DNA of 36,872 nucleotides from Chloroflexota bacterium (GTDB lineage: Bacteria > Chloroflexota > Dehalococcoidia > Lucifugimonadales > JADFKI01): assembly GCA_027623195.1 (NCBI GenBank), contig JAQBUT010000027.1, positions 1 through 36,872 of the forward strand, in the 5' to 3' direction. Positions 1-8,594 of the stretch are shown in pieces. Each line of letters opens with the position of its first letter. Position 1 is the stretch's first letter. Position numbers and translations under genes: made by a program. The notes beneath the pieces were generated by a model. That model saw only the letters and a program-made list of their open reading frames with translations, had not been told where the DNA came from and did not search any database.

Positions 1-133
1 CCCCCAAGTAGCGGAAGACTCTCTTAATTTGGCCTCATTGTTGTTTGAATAAGTAGATCCACCTTAGAATTCCAGGCGTAGCTGTTCGGAGAAGGGTAGG
101 GTCATGGAATTCTGGAAAATCTTCCTGCTTCTG

Positions 134-670
134 CTAAACGGCGGCCACACGTGCCGAAGGCAGCGCCGCAAAAATAGATTGAAGGTCGTCTGCCGTACAC
201 GGCTTCTTTACCAAGGTAAACGTGCCGACATCCATAGCGTTTTGAACGAGTTCACTGTTCCCCTCACCAGGGAAAATTATCACCGATATAGTTGCATCGA
301 CACTACGTATCTGACTAAAGCATTCTACGTTTGAAGCTGAAAGCTCCAGCATAACAACATCAAATGCCCCGGTGCTGGCCAAGGAGACAGCGTCGGCGGC
401 GTTTGTGGTTATAGTTGGGATGAAAGAATCTTCCGCTAGCCCAGCCTGAAATAGCGTAGCGGTGATAGCCTCACTGGTAACAACGAGAACTTTCGTCTTA
501 GGATAGGTACGCAAAGAGCGAATCCACTCGTCAATATCTGCCTGAAAAAACCGCCACTGATGCCCGATTCTTGAGGCAGGTATACTGCCATCCTTAAGCA
601 TCTTGTAAATGGTCATCCTGTCTAATCTAAGATAATCGCTAAGCTCTCTTACCGTCATCGGCGGTTGCAA
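134..670 (-). CDS. Excisionase-type HTH DNA-binding domain fused to an atypical receiver (REC) domain
   Basis: N-terminus MTVRELSDYLRLDRMTIYKMLKDGSIPASRIGHQWRF fits HTH_17/MerR-like. C-terminal VLVV..FDVVML..VIIF..LVKKP pattern fits a REC fold. TTG start is preceded by AGGAGG. Confidence 0.85.
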   Translation of the reverse strand: MQPPMTVRELSDYLRLDRMTIYKMLKDGSIPASRIGHQWRFFQADIDEWIRSLRTYPKTKVLVVTSEAITATLFQAGLAEDSFIPTITTNAADAVSLASTGAFDVVMLELSASNVECFSQIRSVDATISVIIFPGEGNSELVQNAMDVGTFTLVKKPCTADDLQSIFAALPSARVAAV

Positions 671-1102
671 CTGCTATCCTCCTAAATCTCTGAATTTAAC
701 CCGCATTGGCACATATTGCACTCAATTGATAATTCAGTAAGGGGCATCTTATATTTGGTGAACATAGTATCCTTTATTCATAAAATGTAAACCCCCCTGA
801 ATGCTGCCAATACCTACTATAAATCTACGTTATAAATAGGGTTCAAAAGAGTGTTAGTTTTGATAACAGACATCATCTTAGGCGGGCAGGACGGATTTCG
901 TTGCGCTCACGGCCATTTGTGAGTTGGCAGCTATAACCGAACGATGCGAACGCATTCTGCTAAAGATATTATGCCCTTGAGGTACGAAGCCACAGTGAGC
1001 CATCAGCAATATCACTATTTTAATATTGCAATATGTCTAAAGGAAAAACAGGGCAGGGGCATTGGGATATTGCTTGATATGCGTATAGGAAAGGTGAGGG
1101 GC

Positions 1103-1178
<76 letters not shown>

Positions 1179-1192
1179 GCTGCGTGGCTTTA

Positions 1193-1221
1193 ATTTTAGC
1201 AATAGGGTATCGGACGGTCAA
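1193..1221 (-). promoter_or_regulatory. Sigma70-type promoter of tRNA-Arg
   Basis: TTGACC (1221-1216), 17-nt spacer, TAAAAT (1198-1193) with extended TG. Confidence 0.75.
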
Positions 1222-1241
1222 GGAGACTCCATACCGCTAAA

Positions 1242-1736
1242 TTAAGGCTGTACGGTTCTCACACGATGTAGCCCCGGAGCATCTCCCGGCCAGAGACTTG
1301 TGATCCCGCCCACCTCAAGACCATCCATTTGCGCCAGCGTGGTGTATCGCCTCTGCAGAACGTTACCCACGGGCCGACCCAGGACTACCCCTAACACCAG
1401 GCCAGTCACGGCAAGAGGTATCCGCCTTAGCCTGCCTTCGCGACGTTTGCCGAGAATGGCATTTGCCAACAGCACTCCTATTAAGGTGCCGGCAGCAAGA
1501 TTGGTCCCGCAGTGAGGCGAGATCGCCAACTCCTTATTCCCGCCATTGAGTTCAGCCAGAGCCTTGGTTACTACTTCCTGGAGCAGATCGGTCGGTACAC
1601 GGCCAAATATGAAGAAGCCTCCAGGGGTGGAGTAGCCCCCAAGAGGAGGCGTCATGCCTCGCTCGAGAAGCAAGGTGACGGTTGCATGCTCTAGTGCGTG
1701 GTTTCTACGGACCCGACGGATCAAATTCTCAATCAT
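1242..1736 (-). CDS. DUF6391-like membrane-associated protein
   Basis: RRNHALEHAT and HCGTN motifs followed by two hydrophobic segments. Confidence 0.7.
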   Translation of the reverse strand: MIENLIRRVRRNHALEHATVTLLLERGMTPPLGGYSTPGGFFIFGRVPTDLLQEVVTKALAELNGGNKELAISPHCGTNLAAGTLIGVLLANAILGKRREGRLRRIPLAVTGLVLGVVLGRPVGNVLQRRYTTLAQMDGLEVGGITSLWPGDAPGLHRVRTVQP

Positions 1737-2120
1737 CTATCAGCAACTCCAGATCAGTACAGCTTCTATATTCCTTCTATACAAAACCTAATCAAAAGGC
1801 GAACCATCGCGCTCAGATTCGGACATTACCTTTATCTGTGCATGGCTAGTTCCATTGTCGAGGGAGAACTGGCGACTGTAAAGGCCAACCATATATGGGC
1901 GCGCAACATCGCTTAAACACAGGCAATCCACAGGGCCTCCCACCTTATCCACATTTATCTTACACACATATTTCACGTTTAAGTTTGATTAATGCAAATG
2001 GCCGCATCCCTCAAACAGCCCGAAAACACCTTTTGCAAGGCATGCATATAGCCTGCCTGAATAGGATTGAAATATTATTTTGAATCTTGGAAAAATTTGA
2101 AATAAACTGAAATAAACCTA

Positions 2121-2150
2121 TTGACACTTGTTCGGGGCAAACGTTAGGAT
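2121..2150 (+). promoter_or_regulatory. Sigma70-type promoter of the small HTH gene
   Basis: TTGACA (2121-2126), 18 nt, TAGGAT (2145-2150), with an AT-rich upstream tract. Confidence 0.65.
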
Positions 2151-2189
2151 TGGGTCAATACGATAAATGAGTATTACAAGGAGGCAGAA

Positions 2190-2414
2190 ATGACCCGGAA
2201 GACACGAAAGATGGCGGCAGTGGAGGAAAAGTTCAATCAGCCTCTGGAGAAGCTGCTACCGGAAATGGTTACGGAACAGGGCTTGTCGGCTACCGCCGAC
2301 TACCTTGGAGTCAGCAAGGCCACACTTGGCTACTGGCTACTGAAATTGGGAATCAATGTGCGAAGAGTGGCTCTTGCCCCCGGCGAGTCCCTAGAGGTAA
2401 AGAGAGTAGGCTAG
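2190..2414 (+). CDS. Small HTH DNA-binding protein (74 aa)
   Basis: AGGAGG at 2179-2184. GLSATADYLGVSKATLGYWLLKLGI is an HTH pattern. Has its own promoter and a downstream terminator. Confidence 0.8.
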   Translation: MTRKTRKMAAVEEKFNQPLEKLLPEMVTEQGLSATADYLGVSKATLGYWLLKLGINVRRVALAPGESLEVKRVG

Positions 2415-2460
2415 TCTCCGCCTACCCGGTCCATTAATCTCCGTACAACGAGGACGCTAA

Positions 2461-2502
2461 CAAATCGGCGCTGGCTAAACACCAGCGCCGATTTGCTTTT
2501 AT
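2461..2502 (+). terminator. Intrinsic terminator between the convergent HTH gene and smpB
   Basis: Perfect 14-bp stem CAAATCGGCGCTGG (2461-2474) / CCAGCGCCGATTTG (2482-2495) followed by CTTTTATT. Confidence 0.8.
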
Positions 2503-2537
2503 TATTATATGGAAGATGCGCCAGAAAGGGACGCGAT

Positions 2538-3008
2538 CTACGTTCTGACCCTACCGATGGCCTCCTGGGCCTCCCGCTCACGGACCTTCTCCACAATGAC
2601 CTGGCGCTTATCGTAGAGCTTACGACCTTTGGCCACGCCCAGCTCCACTTTGGCCACGTGCCTTCTTATGTAAAGACGCAGTGGGACCAGTGTAAGCCCG
2701 CGCTCAGACACCTGGCGAGATAATTCCACCACCTGCTTCCTATGAAGGAGCAACTTTCGCGGTCGGGTAGGCTCGTGGTTATTGCGCGAACCAGCTGAGT
2801 ACTGGGCGATATGAACATTCATTAGCCATAGTTCGCCCTTTTCGGGCTTTGCGTAGGAATCGCTGAGATTTACGCGTCCCTCGCGAATAGCCTTGATCTC
2901 GGTGCCCAAGAGGACAAGGCCTGCCTCTACCGTATCTGAAATATCATAGTTGTACCTGGCCCTGCGATTAGTGACTATCGCCCCATTGCCTTTAGGTTGC
3001 GTCGTCAT
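2538..3008 (-). CDS. smpB: SsrA-binding protein SmpB
   Basis: NRRARYNY, EAGLVLLGTEIKAIR, RKLLLH and KGRKLYDKR motifs. Confidence 0.98.
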   Translation of the reverse strand: MTTQPKGNGAIVTNRRARYNYDISDTVEAGLVLLGTEIKAIREGRVNLSDSYAKPEKGELWLMNVHIAQYSAGSRNNHEPTRPRKLLLHRKQVVELSRQVSERGLTLVPLRLYIRRHVAKVELGVAKGRKLYDKRQVIVEKVREREAQEAIGRVRT

Positions 3009-4315
3009 GAGGTCAAGCCATTGGAAGCGCGGGCGCTAATCTGCTCTTCAAGGACCTCGAATGCCTTCTCGAGCTGAAGGACCTCTTCAGTTCGAGCATC
3101 CCTGTCGCTCACGGCAATGTCCGGATCCAGCCCCAGGCCCTGGATGAGACGGCCATCCGGCGTATACCAGTGGGCAAAAGTAAGGTACAGCCCGCCGCCG
3201 TTATTAAGCTCCCGCAGGACGTTGACACTACCTTTACCATAGGTCTTCTCGCCTATGAAAAAAGCCCTCTCATGGTCCTGCAGTGCGCCCACCAGGATCT
3301 CGCTGGCGCTGGCGCTATACTCGTTTGCCAGGATTACCACTGGTATGGATTCGATGACGTCATCGTTGCGCCGGATCTGCCAATTGGTCCTTCGTCCTGT
3401 TCCGTCAACCTCGTATAGAACCAGGCCGTCGTCCACGAACAGGCTTACCATGTCTACAACAGAACTCAGAAGTCCGCCGGGGTTGTCCCGCACGTCCAGC
3501 ACAACGCCTTCAGCGCCTGAGTCCACCGCTTCGTGAATCGCACTGCTAAGCTTGTCTGCGGTGTCGGTGAAGAAGTTAGTAATCCGAATGTGAGCGATGC
3601 GATCACCGGATTCACTGCGCACCAGAACACTTTGGAGAGGTATTACGCCGCGTTTAACCTTGATGATGACCGCGTCCAGATCGCCGATGTGCAGCACCAA
3701 GAGCTCGACCGTGGACCCCTTGCGGCCGCGAATCTTGGAGACCGCCTCCAACAGGCTTAAGCCCCGGATCGCCTCGCCATCTACCTCTATAATTTCGTCG
3801 CCGGGCCGAATGCCTGCATCCTCTGCCGGGCTGCCTACCAGGGGAGCAACAACCATGAGGCCACCGTCCGGCTTCAAGGAGACGTTGGCGCCGATGCCCT
3901 CGAATCTTCCCAACAGGTCTTCGTTCTCGATATTAAATGCCGCCGGACGGACGTAATTGGTGTGAGGGTCGTTCAACGCGGTAAGCATGCCGCGAATCGC
4001 AGCCTCAGTGAACACATCCGGGTCGAAGTCTGCGCGACCCACGTGCTCACGGGTGAGCAAAGCCCAGACCTCCCAGACCGTCTCCAGCTCCTCTGGGACG
4101 CCGGACGGCGCTTCCAGAGGTTCGTCTAGCGGGACTATTTGAGGGAGTTGAGGCATGTCGGCGGCAAACTCTGAAACATCCGTCTCCACTCCAGGAGAGG
4201 GGACGACCGTTGCATCCGGCGTAGCCTGACATCCCAAAATGAACACCGATCCGGCAATAATTGCCGAAGCGGACAGCCGCTTAATGCCTACGTAAATTGA
4301 CAACAAATCCACCAT
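3005..4315 (-). CDS. ctpA: S41 family C-terminal processing peptidase (PDZ plus protease), probable lipoprotein
   Basis: GIGA PDZ motif, DVRDNPGG, SASASEI (catalytic Ser) and TYGKGSV (catalytic Lys). ILGC lipobox-like signal. Exact start uncertain. Confidence 0.93.
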   Translation of the reverse strand: MVDLLSIYVGIKRLSASAIIAGSVFILGCQATPDATVVPSPGVETDVSEFAADMPQLPQIVPLDEPLEAPSGVPEELETVWEVWALLTREHVGRADFDPDVFTEAAIRGMLTALNDPHTNYVRPAAFNIENEDLLGRFEGIGANVSLKPDGGLMVVAPLVGSPAEDAGIRPGDEIIEVDGEAIRGLSLLEAVSKIRGRKGSTVELLVLHIGDLDAVIIKVKRGVIPLQSVLVRSESGDRIAHIRITNFFTDTADKLSSAIHEAVDSGAEGVVLDVRDNPGGLLSSVVDMVSLFVDDGLVLYEVDGTGRRTNWQIRRNDDVIESIPVVILANEYSASASEILVGALQDHERAFFIGEKTYGKGSVNVLRELNNGGGLYLTFAHWYTPDGRLIQGLGLDPDIAVSDRDARTEEVLQLEKAFEVLEEQISARASNGLTS

Positions 4316-4361
4316 CTATTTATAGCAAGGAATATTCGCAGATTGGGGGAGCGCTCCACCC

Positions 4362-4370
4362 ATTCTAACA
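4362..4370 (-). promoter_or_regulatory. Extended -10 promoter element for ctpA-smpB
   Basis: TG-T-TAGAAT about 50 nt upstream of the start. Confidence 0.5.
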
Positions 4371-4677
4371 TGCACCCCGTAGAATTATGTATGCCTAATT
4401 TCGGCAAAAGGTGTGCTCCAAAACAGACCAACTTCGGGCGTTTCAGCGCCCTCGTTGTTACGTATTCTACATTCCAAAAAGCCCCAAATTGAAACCCGAA
4501 TGTATTCTAGAAAAGGATTTCACATGTTTTTCGGAGATGCTTTAACACTGATTTGTGTGGTAATATTATCGCCACTTACCCAGGATCACAGTATTTTTTG
4601 ATTAATTTCAGATTTTTTTCAGCAGGGGTTTGCCGCTTGGTCGTTCAGATCACCTGCCACCATCGTTGAGCATAAGC

Positions 4678-5715
4678 ATGGCGCGTCAAGAAAACCGAAA
4701 AAGAACTCGACTCGTGAGGTCATATCCGGCGGACACGCTGGAGGCCGCCATGGCTGTGGCGGAGGCCGTCGGTGCCAGTGAGCCTGAGGGCTCAATGAAT
4801 CGTGACGCCTTGGCGAAGGCTCTGGGGACTACCTCCAAGAGCAGCACCTTCACGACCATACTCAACTCCTCGGCCAAGTACGGCCTTACCCTGGGCGGCT
4901 ACAAAGACGAGCGAATTCGACTTACCTCGCGTGGATTTTCCGTCGTGGCGCCCACCAGGGATCAGGAGCGTACTCAGGCATTGTCAGACGCGGCCTTGGA
5001 GCCTGAGGTGTTCAGCCAGTTCTACGAAATCCATGACGGGTCAGACCTGCCGGACGATACCTACTGCAAAAACATTCTCCAGAGACGGCTTAGCATCCAG
5101 GCAGAGCTCACCAACGAATGCCTGGAAATCGTAAAGGCGAACGGAGTCTACGTAGGCTTGTTAAAGGACGTCCGTGGCAAGCTCAAGGTAGACGTTACAT
5201 CAATTAGGTCCGACACTCCACAGCCAGTGCCGCCACAGCCGACGCCCGCACGAAACGGTGTCCCTGAAAACAACGAAGGCTCCAGCGGCAGAGTCTTCGT
5301 TGGCCACTGGGGCGATCCGGACGCCGCGCAGTTCGTCACGAAAACACTGGCGGACTTTCACATTCCATACACATACCTTGTAGGTCTGGAGCCTGATGGC
5401 AGGCCCGTACACGCCAAGATTACTGAAGAGATGCAGAAGTCCGCGGCCGCCATTTTTGTCTTCGCAGAATCGGAAGACTCCGCAGATGCCCAACTCGACC
5501 GTGAGCAGATGATTTACCAGCTGGGGGCATCGTCCGTGTTGTTCGGAGACAAGGTAGTGGTTTTTCAGTCCTCTGAGGGCAAGACTGCAGATGAAAAGTC
5601 TTCAGGGCGGTTCCTGGCTCGCACCGTTTTATTCAGACAGGGCAATTACGACGAGGCAGGCCTGGAGTTGGTAAGGGAGCTTTTCCAATCGGGCATCATT
5701 CGCGTCGGCGTATAA
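4678..5715 (+). CDS. Winged-helix-like N-terminus plus C-terminal TIR-like (CAP12/PF10137-type) domain protein
   Basis: C-terminal RVFVGH...AAIFVF...REQMIYQLG...KVVVF resembles the TIR-like nucleotide-binding domain, joined by a Pro-rich linker. ATG 4678 preferred over TTG 4630. Confidence 0.7.
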   Translation: MARQENRKRTRLVRSYPADTLEAAMAVAEAVGASEPEGSMNRDALAKALGTTSKSSTFTTILNSSAKYGLTLGGYKDERIRLTSRGFSVVAPTRDQERTQALSDAALEPEVFSQFYEIHDGSDLPDDTYCKNILQRRLSIQAELTNECLEIVKANGVYVGLLKDVRGKLKVDVTSIRSDTPQPVPPQPTPARNGVPENNEGSSGRVFVGHWGDPDAAQFVTKTLADFHIPYTYLVGLEPDGRPVHAKITEEMQKSAAAIFVFAESEDSADAQLDREQMIYQLGASSVLFGDKVVVFQSSEGKTADEKSSGRFLARTVLFRQGNYDEAGLELVRELFQSGIIRVGV

Positions 5716-5866
5716 GCGTTCCATTGCAGGCAGCCTGACCGATTTCACAACTCTCCTGCATAGAGCCTCTCTTTTTTCGCACCTATAATTTACATAACTA
5801 TTATAGTGCGAACATACGCTGAACTTGGAACAGACCTCCACCCTGCGCGTCCCGACACCGCAAAGG

Positions 5867-7072
5867 CTATTCGTCTTTTTGGATATAGGCTCCGGTTAAT
5901 TCCGCCTCAGCAGTATTTGCCGGATGTCCCAGGTCCGACAGCAGATCGTCAATAGCCGCCTTGAGTTCATCCATGCCCTCACCGGTCTGCGCCGATGCAA
6001 ATACAACCCTGCGTTGATCTTCTGCCAGCCCCTGAATCGGAGATTCTCCATCCGGGCTTTCCTCAGGTCTCTCCAGAGGCTCCAGCAAGTCGATCTTGTT
6101 CAAGACCAAGATGCGGGGCTTATCGTTCAGGCGCATGTCTGCGAGAATCCTCCCCACAACCTCGGACTGCTCTGCCGCATTGGGATGCGTGATGTCCAGC
6201 ACGTGGATCACCAAAGTGGACTCTTCGACCTCCTCCAACGTGGCCCTGAAGGCCGCTACCACCGACGGCGGCAGCTTCTGGATAAACCCCACCGTATCGG
6301 TAATCAGCACGTCTCGTCCCGCAGGGGTTTGGATTTTGCGCGTAACAGGATCCAGAGTCGAAAACAGCAGGTCCTCCACGGCGACGTCTGCGTTGGTGAG
6401 CCGGTTGAGGAGCGTGCTCTTGCCAGCATTGGTATAGCCGACCAGCGATGCCACTGGGATGCCCACTTCCTGGCGTCGGGCCCTATAAAGCGAGCGGTGG
6501 CGTCTCACGTCGTCCAGGTCTTTTTTGAGCTTCAAAATGCGGCGGCGCACAAGTCTGCGGTCGGTTTCGATCTGCGTCTCACCAGGGCCCCTGGTGCCTA
6601 TTCCGCCCCCAAGGCGCTCAAGGTGTGTCCACTGACCAGCCAATCTAGGCAACAGGTATTCATGCTGTGCCAACTCCACCTGTAGCCGACCTTCTTTGGT
6701 GCGGGCGCGCTGTGCGAAGACGTCTAGGATGAGGGCTGTGCGATCAATGACCTTAACGCCACCAAGGGCGTTCTCCACGTTACGCTGCTGGGTGGGAGTC
6801 AACTCGTCGTCAAATATGACGGTGTTGATGTTTTTCTGCTTTACCAGGTCCTTTAGCTCTTCCAGTTTCCCTTTGCCGAGGTAAACTGACGTGGGCCGTT
6901 CCAATTGCTGCAACATGCTGCCCACGACAAACGCCTTGGCGCTGCGGGCCAGCTCGGCCAACTCCTGCAAAGAGTCTTCTGCGGCCCACAGAGTACGGCG
7001 GCCCTTATGTTTGACTCCTACAAGATATGCTCGTTCGGCTCGAGGCCGTGTAGATATCAGCTTTCTTGGAAT
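5867..7072 (-). CDS. hflX: Ribosome-splitting GTPase HflX
   Basis: [30 protein letters not shown] and NKID. HflX similarity (ERAYLVGV) extends upstream of TTG 6970 to an ATT codon at 7072 preceded by AGGAGG. Confidence 0.95.
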   Translation of the reverse strand: MPRKLISTRPRAERAYLVGVKHKGRRTLWAAEDSLQELAELARSAKAFVVGSMLQQLERPTSVYLGKGKLEELKDLVKQKNINTVIFDDELTPTQQRNVENALGGVKVIDRTALILDVFAQRARTKEGRLQVELAQHEYLLPRLAGQWTHLERLGGGIGTRGPGETQIETDRRLVRRRILKLKKDLDDVRRHRSLYRARRQEVGIPVASLVGYTNAGKSTLLNRLTNADVAVEDLLFSTLDPVTRKIQTPAGRDVLITDTVGFIQKLPPSVVAAFRATLEEVEESTLVIHVLDITHPNAAEQSEVVGRILADMRLNDKPRILVLNKIDLLEPLERPEESPDGESPIQGLAEDQRRVVFASAQTGEGMDELKAAIDDLLSDLGHPANTAEAELTGAYIQKDE

Positions 7073-7142
7073 ATTTTCCTCCTGCAGTCCAGACTATTCC
7101 TACTCCACGATGGTTTCCGGACAATGCTCGGAAATGGAAGGC

Positions 7143-8315
7143 CTATCGTGGCGCTGGGACCGTCCAGTTTTTCAGGCGGGTCAGGCCCTTCTCCATGTCC
7201 TCATTATTGATGGTCAGCGACAGTCTGATGTAGCCCTCTCCGTACTTGCCGTAACCGTTACCGGGAGTTACCACAAGGTCGCACTGCTCCAAAAGCAGTT
7301 CGGTGAACTCCGCCGACGAATAGCCGGCCGGAATCCTTGTCCAGACGTACAGACTGGCCTTGGGAGGGATGGCATCAAGTCCGATGCCCTGAAGTACCTC
7401 GACTACCCGGTCTCGCCTGTGCTGATATATTGCGTTGCGCTCATCTATAGCATCCTGTGACATGCGCATAGCTTCAATGCCCATGTACTGGATTGCGTTG
7501 GGTACGCCAGAGTCCAGGTTGGACTTCACGACCATCATTGCCTTGATAATCTCCTCGTTGCCCACCACCATTCCCAGCCGCCAGCCGGTCATGTTGTAGC
7601 TCTTGGACAGCGAGTGAAATTCCGCGCCGACCTCCATGGCGCCGGGCGTTTGCAGAAAGCTCACCGGCCTGTAGCCGTCGAAAGCAACCTCAGAGTACGA
7701 GGCATCATGCAACACTGCTATGTCGTATGCCTTTGCGAAGTCGACAACTTTCTTGAAGTAATCAAGGTCCGTAATAGCCCCCGTGGGATTATTAGGGTAA
7801 TTGAGCCACATAACCTTGGCCTTCTTGGCCGCCTCTTCAGGAATGGCATCTAGGTCCGGCACCCAGCCGTTCTCTTCCAGCAATGGCATCCAGAAGCACT
7901 CGCCACCGGCAAACCACGTTCCCACCGAATACACAGGGTAGCCCGGGTCCGGCACCAGGGCTAGATCACCCGGCTCGATGAAGCACAACGCCGCGTGGCC
8001 GATTCCTTCTTTGGCGCCGATCAACGGCAAAGTCTCCTTGTGGGGATCGACCGAAAGGCCGAATCGACGCTGGTACCATGCGGCTACTTCCTGCCGAAAC
8101 TCTGGAAGGCCGTCGGTTTCAGGATACCTGTGATTGGGGGCATCCAGGGCGGTCTCCCTAAGCTTCTCCACTATGTTGGCTGGCGTGGGGATGTCGGGGT
8201 CGCCTATGCCGAAGCTGATGACTTCGATGCCCTGCGCTCTCTTTGCGGCGATCTTACGGCTGATCTCGACAAATAGGTACGGCGGCACCCTGTCTATGCG
8301 GCTGGCCAATCTCAT
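7143..8315 (-). CDS. dapL: LL-diaminopimelate aminotransferase
   Basis: Class I PLP aminotransferase (GIGDPD, NYPNNPTG, SLSKSYNMTGWRLG, KSNLDSG), adjacent to dapF. Confidence 0.9.
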   Translation of the reverse strand: MRLASRIDRVPPYLFVEISRKIAAKRAQGIEVISFGIGDPDIPTPANIVEKLRETALDAPNHRYPETDGLPEFRQEVAAWYQRRFGLSVDPHKETLPLIGAKEGIGHAALCFIEPGDLALVPDPGYPVYSVGTWFAGGECFWMPLLEENGWVPDLDAIPEEAAKKAKVMWLNYPNNPTGAITDLDYFKKVVDFAKAYDIAVLHDASYSEVAFDGYRPVSFLQTPGAMEVGAEFHSLSKSYNMTGWRLGMVVGNEEIIKAMMVVKSNLDSGVPNAIQYMGIEAMRMSQDAIDERNAIYQHRRDRVVEVLQGIGLDAIPPKASLYVWTRIPAGYSSAEFTELLLEQCDLVVTPGNGYGKYGEGYIRLSLTINNEDMEKGLTRLKNWTVPAPR

Positions 8316-8398
8316 GGTATCTCCAAAATTAAACGGATAAAATTACGTTGATTCGATGGGGCACGTGTCCAAGATAGGACACCCTCCAACGTGCACTA

Positions 8399-8427
8399 AT
8401 ATTAAGTGAAGGCGGCCATTAGGTAAA
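8399..8427 (-). promoter_or_regulatory. Putative dapL promoter
   Basis: TTTACC (8427-8422), 17 nt, TAATAT (8404-8399). Confidence 0.5.
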
Positions 8428-8594
8428 GAGCGGGCTTTTGACGGAGAGTCTTTCGGATTGGAATGGTGTAAGGGCGATGCTGAGACACAACACCCAAGGT
8501 TCTAGTCGACTAAAACTCTGGAATGCGACGGTTGCGATACCTTAACCAATCGCTAAAAACCGGAAGAACCGCAGTGCAGGCTTATTGAGAAGCA

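Noticed and set aside
1788..2083. Short ORFs in the DUF6391-HTH intergenic region
   Set aside because: No clear RBS or protein motif; the region is better explained as divergent promoter DNA.
5924..6685. 253-aa plus-strand ORF and similar long shadow ORFs (8871-9485, 12819-13568, 17830-18459, 24200-24754, 32554-33204)
   Set aside because: They are antisense or out-of-frame overlaps of well-conserved genes, with no recognisable motifs; expected in GC-rich coding DNA.
8316..8400. Lysine riboswitch or leader peptide upstream of dapL
   Set aside because: The leader is too short, lacks the L-box consensus, and the small uORF has no Lys codons or properly spaced RBS.
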